From positions 1 to 9,503 of the forward strand of contig CBFFRP010000240.1 in assembly GCA_965644295.1 (NCBI GenBank): a DNA stretch of 9,503 nucleotides, given 5' to 3'. Position 1 is the first letter of the stretch. Each line of letters begins with the position of its first letter. The translations under genes and the position numbers were made by a program. The notes under the pieces were generated by a model. That model saw nothing but the letters and a program-made list of their open reading frames with translations, had not been told where the DNA came from and did not search any database. Positions 1 through 7,998 of the stretch are shown one piece after another. The stretch comes from Paraphysomonas bandaiensis. Its lineage: Eukaryota; Protista; Chrysophyceae.

Positions 1-2
1 TC

Positions 3-1370
3 TTTGTGTGTGTATTGCAGTGGACGGAGGAGTCCAGGGTTGCCTTTGATGTGCTAAGGGAGCGCATTCATTAGTGTCCCTTGTTATTTTTATGGATGAT
101 GTTTCCCCCATCTTCCTATATACTGACGCGTCAATAATTGGTATAGGGGCACACTTGGTGCAAGTCGTGGAGGGTCACGAGCGCACAATTGGGATGATTA
201 GTAAGGCGTTCGACTCAACGTTAGCTAAGTGGCACACCTGCGAGCAGGAAGGTTTTGCCATCTTTTATGCACTAAATAAGTGGGAATACTTGTTGAGGGA
301 TCGACGTTTTACGGTTCGAACCGATCACGATAATTTACGCCAACTCAAGCAGGAGTATGGCCACATTAAGCGAGTGCAGCGCTGGTTTATGTGTTTTCAG
401 TCGTTTGATATCGTGTTCGAACACCTTCCAAGGGAAATGAATGTGGTGGCTGATGCTCTTAGTCGAGTTTGTGGGGTGGACGCATCCGACAAGATCGATG
501 ACAATCTGTGTTCTTCTCTCGAGCGGTGCCTGGAGGAAGAGTCACATACTGAGGATTAGCGCATCCCTAATCACCTCTGGAAGGCGATTAAGGCTTGTCA
601 CAATAGTGTAGTAGGCCACCATGGGGTGGAACGTACAATGGGAAAGTTGCGAAGGAGCAACAATGATTGGAAGAACATGCGTCAGCATGTTATACGTTTT
701 ATTAAGTGTTGTGTGTGTTGTCAACAGATGTCAACCATTAAGCCGGCAGTGTGGGTTCGGCTTTTTCCTCTATCTAAGTATTTCATGGGTGAGTGCATCT
801 ATAGGGATTATATTGAGGGTTTAATTCCCGGTGAGAATGGGTATACTAGTATTCTGGTGATGATAGTTATATTATTCGGGAGGTAAAGTTTTTATTAGGA
901 GTGGAGCACTCCTTTACAGTAGAGTACTCAAAGGAAGAGAATGGTATGGTTGAGAGGGAGAATAAGGAAATTCTCCGTCATCTAAGGAATATTATTTTCG
1001 AGAAAGTGGTTTTTAAAAAAAAAAATTGGTCTGATGTGCTGCCAATGGTACAACGTATTTTGAGTGCGGCAATCCATGGGTCGACAGGAGTGGCCCGGCA
1101 CAGTTTTACTGTATGGAGATGCCATAAACCTAGAGGCAGGTATTATTGTGGATAGGAGGAATTTGTCTCCAAGGGAGGAGAAGGATCTGTCCGAGTGGGT
1201 TGACAGTACGAGGAACAGTTGCGTTGTTGAAGTATTTGAAGGCTCACTCTAACTATGCAGTACGAGCCCTACTACCCAAGAGAGAAACGAAGCGCTCCAG
1301 GTCTCCGAACACGGCGGCAGAAGAAGTCATTTCGAGTGAGGATGAGTCGTCGCAGCAGTCAGGAGCTTGA
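3..1370 (+). pseudogene. Disrupted pol polyprotein (RT-RNase H connection, RNase H, HHCC zinc finger, integrase core, possible chromodomain tail)
   Basis: Frame from nt 3 reads LQWTEESRVAFDVLRERIH*CPLLF (TAG at 72-74), then frameshifts at ~87-91 into RNase H motifs LYTDAS..GIGA, EQEGFAI, TDHDNL and NVVADALSR. After an in-frame TAG at 557-559 the same frame gives HNSVVGHHGVERT...CVCCQ (HHCC) and DYIEGL..GY.SILV. From 901: EHSFT..YSKEENGMVERENKE..RHLR and W..VLPMVQRIL...HGSTGVA, with frameshift(s) at ~1093-1108 into LLYGDAINL. Final stop at 1368-1370. Confidence 0.92.
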
Positions 1371-1539
1371 TTTATGAGTTTTGACGGTTAAAATCCGCTC
1401 TGTCCAGGTGGCGGACACCTATGAGAAGGTTCTCATACATCACAATTTCGTTGGAGTGATCAGATAGTAGGGGTGATTTTTTTGGGTGTTGTTTTGTTGT
1501 TAGAGTGTCATTTTTTTAGTACATGTGCCACAATTTTCC

Positions 1540-1555
1540 AAAAAAGGGGAAGGGG
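1540..1555 (+). promoter_or_regulatory. Polypurine tract (plus-strand primer site) of the retrotransposon
   Basis: AAAAAAGGGGAAGGGG: 16 consecutive purines, downstream of pol and 3 nt upstream of the TG that opens the LTR. Confidence 0.88.
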
Positions 1556-1558
1556 TAG

Positions 1559-1665
1559 TGTGGCATGAAACTCCTAGTTTTAGGGCTTGGGAGTTTCTCT
1601 CCTTCTGGAAACATGGGGTTTCCCTTCAGGATACGGTAGTCGAGTGGCAGTAGTTTCATGCCAGA
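1559..1665 (+). repeat. Putative 3' LTR (~107 bp) with 17-bp imperfect terminal inverted repeats
   Basis: 1559-1575 TGTGGCATGAAACTCCT matches the reverse complement of 1649-1665 (TCTGGCATGAAACTACT) at 15/17. It starts with TG after the PPT but ends in GA rather than CA. The 5' LTR is outside the window, so LTR identity cannot be confirmed. Confidence 0.75.
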
Positions 1666-1764
1666 CTATTCATACATGATTCTTATCTGCATAATAATCA
1701 TATATTCTAGTCCTGCTCTGTTCTTGCTGTTAGCTACGAACTTGTAGACAGTGGTACGGGCACA

Positions 1765-2109
1765 ATACATACATACATATATATATATATACATACATAC
1801 ATACATACATACATACATACATACATACATACATACATACATACATACATACATACATACATACATACATACATACATACATACATACATACATACATAC
1901 ATACATACATACATACATACATACATTCATACATACATACATACATACATACATACATACATACATACATACATACATACATACATACATACATACATAC
2001 ATACATACATACATACATACATACATACATACATACATACATACATACATACATACATACATACATACATACATACATACATACATACATACATACATAC
2101 ATACATACA

Positions 2110-2143
<34 letters not shown>
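1765..2143. repeat. (ACAT)n tetranucleotide microsatellite with a short (AT)n interruption near the 5' end
   Basis: 87 ACAT units across 1791-2138 with one A>T variant at 1927; (AT)n run at ~1777-1790. Confidence 0.99.
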
Positions 2144-2206
2144 GCCATATACTAAACTTAACATGCCATCTCAGTGATCACATCACCTCCTTCCTTATCA
2201 TATAGA

Positions 2207-3340
2207 ATGACATACACTGTATGCGCATTATATTGTTTCGTTCCAATTGATAACCCCTCTATCTTAGAAGAATCCCTGAAAGATCAATGCATTAGATATA
2301 ATATAAAGGGTGGTCTGATCGTAGCTCATGAGGGTATTAACGGTACAGTAGCCGGTCCTCCATCATCTATTGATAGTTTCATATCATTCCTTAAATCAGA
2401 TATAAGATTTAAGAATATAGATATTAAACTATCGACTACAGATGAGCAACCATTCTATAGGATACGTGTACATGTTAAGAGTGAGATTGTGACTCTTGGG
2501 GTAGAAGACGCTGACCCTTGTAGAGCTACTGGCAAATACGTTGATCCAAAGGATTGGAATCAGATTATTACAGATCCTGACACGATAGTGATAGATACGA
2601 GAAATGATTACGAGGTTCAAATTGGATCGTTTGAAGGAGCTCGTAACCCTTGCACAAAAATATTTCGAGAATTTCCTGAGTATGCTGAGCGTGAATTGAT
2701 GAAAGATATTACTGCAGAGTCATCACATGAGGTCGCTGCGCAGAATCATGTAGGTGATGTCAAGAAGAAGAAGAAGGTTGCAATGTTCTGTACTGGTGGT
2801 ATTCGGTGCGAGGTAAAATCCCTACCTATATTTTTTTCTTGTGTGTTGATAACTGTTGAACAGAAAGCGTCGGCGTACCTGCTCAACCATGGTGTGGATG
2901 AGGTATATCAGCTCAAGGGTGGCATACTTAATTACTTAGAAAAAGTTCCTCCGAGCGATAGTCTCTGGAGAGGTGAGTGCTATGTGTTCGACCAACGTGT
3001 GAGCGTTCGGCACGGCGTCGAGCCAGGAACATATTCGCAGTGTCGGGGCTGCCGTATGCCTCTCGCACCAGAAGAATGCCAAGAGGGAGCGGAGAAATAT
3101 TTAGAGGGGGTGCACTGCAGGCACTGCTTTGACTCTCTTACTGAAAAGAGAAGGGAGGCATTGGAGCAGCGAAACAGACAGATGGCACTGGCGGCCATGA
3201 GAAATACAGAGCACCTAGGATTCAAGAAAACGAAAGGGGGACGAAAAGAGAGGCAGTCGAAAAGGTTACAGACTGATCAACGAGAAGAAGGTAGCGCAAA
3301 AGCTGTACGTGTAGAGGATTCGGATGATGCTGTGAGCTAA
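2207..3340 (+). CDS. trhO: TrhO/YceA (UPF0176) rhodanese-domain tRNA uridine(34) hydroxylase; exons 2207-2812 and 2864-3340 (360 aa from ATG 2207; the N-terminus may extend upstream)
   Basis: Family motifs ALYCF, KGGLIVAHEGINGT, KSEIVTLG, IDTRNDYEVQIGSF, VAMFCTGGIRCE|KAS, VYQLKGGILNYLE, WRGECYVFDQR, CRGCRMP and GVHCRHC. Splicing restores CTGGIRCEKA. Confidence 0.93.
   Translation: MTYTVCALYCFVPIDNPSILEESLKDQCIRYNIKGGLIVAHEGINGTVAGPPSSIDSFISFLKSDIRFKNIDIKLSTTDEQPFYRIRVHVKSEIVTLGVEDADPCRATGKYVDPKDWNQIITDPDTIVIDTRNDYEVQIGSFEGARNPCTKIFREFPEYAERELMKDITAESSHEVAAQNHVGDVKKKKKVAMFCTGGIRCEVKSLPIFFSCVLITVEQKASAYLLNHGVDEVYQLKGGILNYLEKVPPSDSLWRGECYVFDQRVSVRHGVEPGTYSQCRGCRMPLAPEECQEGAEKYLEGVHCRHCFDSLTEKRREALEQRNRQMALAAMRNTEHLGFKKTKGGRKERQSKRLQTDQREEGSAKAVRVEDSDDAVS
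2813..2863 (+). other. 51-nt spliceosomal intron in trhO
   Basis: GAG|gtaaaa...gaacag|AAA, T-rich interior. Removal deletes the 17 aa interrupting CTGGIRCE-KA. Confidence 0.92.
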
Positions 3341-3803
3341 TAATATTTGTGCACTTCCCTTGTCGCAGTCGTATAATTATTACACCACTTAATATTTCGT
3401 TTGTAATCTGTAAGATACATGCTTGGCACACAACGTTCTGATCAATGTTTAACTCAACGTATTGAAACTATATTAGTAATACTATGGTTGAACGATAGCA
3501 CAAAATTATTACCCAATAGTACTTTAAGTAGCACACCGGCTTCATGATAAAATCTAACAGGAAAATGACATTTTATTTCATAGTGATGAAATGCAAAGAG
3601 ATATATATCATCTACCAATGAATAAGAAAATGTAACTAAATTTACGTGAAAAATAATATACTAAGTGAAATACGTAACACGTGCTCTGAACTCTCCACGC
3701 TAATGATTTATCTCTAACATATATTTTCTACTCTGTCACTTATATATCTCCTCTTAATATTACCGACATAATAGCGTAAACGTCATTGGCAAAATGAAGT
3801 CTT

Positions 3804-5514
3804 TCAACTGGCTTGAAAAACATTGTGAATATCATAAAGACTTCCCTGTACACTGATAAAAAAACATAAATCAGAACCACAACCCTGCAGTGCACACCCA
3901 AATGAAAACCAGATATTAATACGGAATAACATACCTTACTCCATAAAATGTCATTATGAGTATTGGGCACGACAAATGACAGAAAAGTAGACCCTCGAGC
4001 ACTTGGATTAAGAGCGTGTAAAACATGACTAGACATTATTCCTAGAGACATCGTAGTATCGCTTGTTTCGGAAGTTGCTTCAGTAGACTTTTCACGTGCT
4101 AATTTTCCTCTACTCCAGTAATAATTGCTACATATTTGCCTCATTTCATCTTTTATATCATCTTCTAGGCCTTCAACCACCTTCCCAGAGCGGGCAACAA
4201 ACCATTGGTAGGCTCGATTAATTGACCTTCTTATCACAAGATCATTTTCTCCAGTACTTGAATCAGAAGCACGCAGCTCATCTCGAAGCTTATCCAGAGC
4301 AAGAAATCTAAGCGTGCGAGTCCTCTCTTCCAGCACGTCACTCACAGACTTGTACACTACGTCAGAAAGTCGCGATAGCAGCCTGGATCGCTCTGCGGTC
4401 ATCAAATTCCCTCTGGTAGATGATAGGAACTGATATCGAGCCGCCGACACAATCGAATCAGCAGTCATCTCCATGTTCCACCGAATAAATAAACCCATTC
4501 TCCAAGGTCTGATTCGTCGCTCCGCCTGATCAACTGCCGCATTATAGGCTCTATTTAATTTTTCTAGATTCTTCATTTCAGCCTACACACTGACATCAAC
4601 AAAGGCGAAGTTTAAATCGATATTCTTACAATAGAAAGTATATGCCTAGGTGTAGATGAATAAATGGGCCACTCCTCGTGTACACGCTGCAGTCGTGACG
4701 ATATAAGCTCAACTTCTGAACTACCTATATGCCTCTGCCGAGCTAGTGCAAGTACCGACGACTGCAACCCACGGGCGACACGCCTTTCAACCTGCCCCAG
4801 GGTAGCCCGCACCGCAAATATACCAGTTGCCAATGATCGAGCCTTGCCTAATTTACCTGCACCTGATGTCTGCATTGAGGTGACAGCATCTAACCATGCC
4901 TTTCGCATTCTAGCTTCTACAACACCCTTGCACTTTGCTGCAGTGGACCTGATCTCACCATTCCCACGTTCGTCAACAACAATGAAAGCACAACTACTAA
5001 TGCGTGAGGCACTATTCATAATGTTGTGCATAATCTGTCTCAACAATTGTTCATTTTCAATTAGGGCTTCTTCCATTCCACAATTAGGAAGTACAAAACA
5101 CAGTACATCAGATACGTTTACACACAGTCGGGGAAGATTAGTTTTACACAAATTCATATCATCAGGTGCTTCCAAAATAACTCCAACATCAGAATTACTG
5201 AGTACAGCCGTGCCTACATACATTGTAAGGTTTCGATAAAATATAGAAAGTGTTCAACCATTGCAGCAATCCGACAGGAATGATGTTTGAAATATGGATT
5301 CGACTAACTTTTTGCAATCTGAAACACCGCAATTAATAATAGTAATAAAGTTGTTTGTTTGATTGATAGGAAATGAACTGGATGTCTTTCCTGATAGTAG
5401 GGACGTTGGTAGTGGACTGATAGTGTTGGAAGCCTGTAAGAAGTTGTGGTTTGTTGCTTTCTGGTGAGTATATGTGATAAAAGTAAGAAAGAGCAGTATA
5501 CACAGAGCAGACAT
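3804..5514 (-). CDS. Four-exon gene (~522 aa): signal-peptide-like N-terminus, divergent Sey1/RHD3-like GTPase-fold domain and helical region; exons 5514-5259, 5213-4630, 4582-3935, 3884-3804
   Basis: GT-AG introns of 45 nt (5258-5214) and 47 nt (4629-4583) join three ORF-track ORFs in frame (CCNG|TAVL; ILSI|AEMKNL). A third of 50 nt (3934-3885) leads to a last exon GCGSDLCFFISVQGSLYDIHNVFQAS*, which is less certain; unspliced, the frame would end at 3740. The Sey1 resemblance is by eye only. Confidence 0.72.
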
Positions 5515-5764
5515 ATCTAATCAATATTCTACAGTGCAATGGAACGGCATTTAGTTGTTGTAATTCATATGTCATTTGCATAATCTGATCATGGCAATGT
5601 GTCTGATGTGTGTGCACTATGTTATGTACTGAGAACTCCATACAGAGTAAACTACACACATATTGACCAATAATAATGTCAGGATGTTGTATAGAGCTAT
5701 ATTATTGGTTACTGTGTTCTATCCTCTGTGTGTATTGATCGCTAAAAATCATATGGTGGAATAC

Positions 5765-5860
5765 TGTGTATATGTGTATGTATATGTATATGTATATGTG
5801 TATGTATATGTATATGTGTATGTGTATGTATATGTGTATATGTATATGTGTATGTGTATG
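5765..5860. repeat. (TATATG/TGTATG)n degenerate alternating purine-pyrimidine microsatellite
   Basis: Mixed TATATG and TGTATG units read directly from the sequence. Confidence 0.95.
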
Positions 5861-5972
5861 ATGTAACAGTAATTGCATCAGCCTGATAACATTATCACTG
5901 ATATACACTGCATATAGCCAATGCAATAAAAGGAAATAGAATTAACGTAGCATTGTAATAGGATACTGAGCA

Positions 5973-7998
5973 ATGGAGGATGCTCTCTATCGACAGTCAA
6001 TGGAGCTGCAAAGATACAGGAACGATTATGCTGAATTATCTGAGAAGCTAGCACGCATCACTCAACAGGTCAGTAAATGATAATCATATACTACTGTGTA
6101 TTATAGTCACTGTAATGATCTAGTTGAGGGAGCGTGAAATCCTATACAGTGAGAAGCTTGATGCTGCAAGCAGTCAGATAAGAGCTTATAAAGATGAAAA
6201 CTCGTCACTTAGAAGCGATTTACAAAAGCAGAAAGATAAATACAAACATCAAAATGAAAAGCATGCCAAAGCTCGATTGGAGTTAGAAAGTGTTGCTTGT
6301 ATGCTGGAAGAACGAGAAAAAGTAGTCGAGAACCAGTTGGTGGAATCTGACTTGAGATGCCGCCGTCTAGATTCACGGATTCAAGATTTGGAGGAAGAAG
6401 TTATTCAGTACATGGAAAAGATTGGTCAAATGGCTACCACGAATGAAAATTTAAATAAAGTTATTGAAAACGAAATGGTTCCTGTAGGGGATTACAAAGC
6501 AGCCCTTACTAAACTGGAGCGATACCAGCAGTCCGTTGCTAGTGATACTGTCCCAGTTGAGAAGTACGACCAGATGAAGCAGAAATATCAAGCTCTCAAG
6601 GACGTCATAAGTGCAGATATGATTAGTCGAGAGGAGTACGATGCCCTTTCTGATAAGTATATTCGTCTTCAACGTCGGGTAGAAGGAATGGTTACTGTGG
6701 AGCAACTTGAGGAATCCGAGGGTAAATGTCGACATCTATCGCAATGCATGCAAGAAATGATTCCACAGGAAAAGTATAATCAGGTTCAACAGCAACTGAA
6801 AGACTTGTGTGAGGACAAGCAACTACTGGAAGAAGCTATGGGTGTTCACCGCGATGCCAGGGAGCGTGCAGAAGGTGAGTTAGGGGAAAGCCGGGCCCGG
6901 TGCGCCTCTCTGCAGGAGAGAGTGGAGAGTTCTGAGCAAGAGATCCGTGAGCTCGATGGGCGTTTGAGAGATCGAGAGGGTGACGTAGACAGATTGACAG
7001 TAGAACTGGAGGAGTGCCAGCATCTTCTGGCTGAACGCGAGGAAGATTTGAGACGTGTAGAAACTGAAAAGGCCTCGCTCCTTGTTCAAATCGGAAATTG
7101 CAAGTCCCTCCTTCATCGAGAGATGGGAGGTAAAGGAGAATTACAGGAAAAGCTCCAAGAGGCTGTAAAAAAAGCTGATCGTCTCACTGAAGAAAGAAAG
7201 GCCATGATAAATAGGCACGCCCGCGAACTCACGGCAATACGAGAACAGAACTCACGACAATGCGAAATTCTGGAGACGCGTTGCGCTGAATGGCAAGAAG
7301 TGGTTGACAAGCTGCACGAAGAAATTGTTTTAGGTTCCGGTACGGAAAAGCGCTTAGCAGATATTCCTTCTCCTCCAGCCCCAGTACCCCCAGGTAGCAC
7401 ATCTGATCCGAGCGCCAGGTTGTGGAAAAGCACATCTCAGCTTCGCGTGGACTGTGACCCGCCTTCCCCTCATTCCGTGGCATCAGCACCACTTCCTGCT
7501 TCAGTTATGGCTCCTATTACACGTCGTCTAGAGAATCAAGAGAAAGAGCTTGCGGAATTTAGGCGCCAGATGGTTGCCATTGGTCAACATTACAGCAATA
7601 GCCCATTGCGCACTGGAACTTCTCAAGGCTTGGGTGCGACTCCGCCCTATAGTCCTTCATCGCGTGTCACAGCCGGGTCTAGGAGTTTTCTGACCATGTC
7701 TGACCCGTCGGTAGATATTAAGCAGAAATCAGCACGTAATAGCGCAGCTACAAGCGAAGAGATAATCAAGCAATATAAGTTGGATATTGAAAACCGTGCT
7801 GCCAACCGAGCTCAAATGCAAAGTCCAGCAGGAAAAGGCTCACCAATGAGCCCGTCTGTGTTGGTTCAATGCCCTTCGCCTCACTCGCCAGAACCTGGTA
7901 GTAAGATACTCAGAGACCTGCAAACAAAGTTTGATTCACATTTACAATCGTCCTCTACCTTTTTAAACGGTAAGGTACCACACAGCAGTCGTTATTAG
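5973..7998 (+). CDS. Long coiled-coil protein (656 aa) with a Pro/Ser-rich, probably disordered C-terminus; exons 5973-6068 and 6124-7998
   Basis: ATG 5973 (in-frame TGA at 5967-5969) gives MEDALYRQSMELQRYRNDYAELSEKLARITQQ. A 55-nt intron CAG|gtcagt...atctag|TTG (6069-6123) joins it in frame to the 624-codon ORF. E/K/Q/L/R-rich heptad-like sequence; many SP/TP motifs in the tail. Confidence 0.88.

Larger units (their letters stand above)
1..1665 (+). mobile_element. Degenerate Ty3/Gypsy LTR retrotransposon, 3' portion (pol remnant, 3' UTR, PPT, 3' LTR); continues beyond the left edge of the window
   Basis: Domain order RT-connection, RNase H, integrase is the Ty3/Gypsy order. It is followed by a polypurine tract (1540-1555) and a TG-starting segment bounded by inverted repeats. 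Confidence 0.93.

Noticed and set aside
72-559. In-frame TAG codons at 72-74 and 557-559 as stop-codon reassignment or programmed readthrough
   Set aside because: The same pol also has frameshifts and deletions, and the coiled-coil gene appears to end at TAG (7996-7998). Ordinary decay explains them.
1559-1665. MITE or DNA transposon reading of the inverted-repeat element
   Set aside because: It directly follows a PPT downstream of a Gypsy pol, starts with TG and has no flanking direct TSD. A 3' LTR is more parsimonious.
1765-2143. CRISPR-like or telomeric array
   Set aside because: A simple 4-nt tandem repeat with no spacers, no G-rich telomeric motif and an internal position.
1666-2164. 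ORFs of (MYVC)n and (YIHT)n
   Set aside because: Translations of the (ACAT)n microsatellite.
2691-2753. Extra 63-nt in-frame intron in trhO (gtgaat...catgtag)
   Set aside because: No pyrimidine tract and coding-like composition. Treated as a protein insertion; RNA-seq would settle it.
4664-5239. 191-aa plus-strand ORF, and the other antisense ORFs within trhO and the coiled-coil gene
   Set aside because: Shadows of better-supported genes on the opposite strand, with no recognisable motifs.
5383-5410. LSGKT as a Walker A motif in the minus-strand gene
   Set aside because: Lacks the first Gly of GxxxxGKT and lies in the Ser/Thr-rich leader.
5663-5926. (YV)n and (HI)n ORFs
   Set aside because: Translations of the TATRTG microsatellite.
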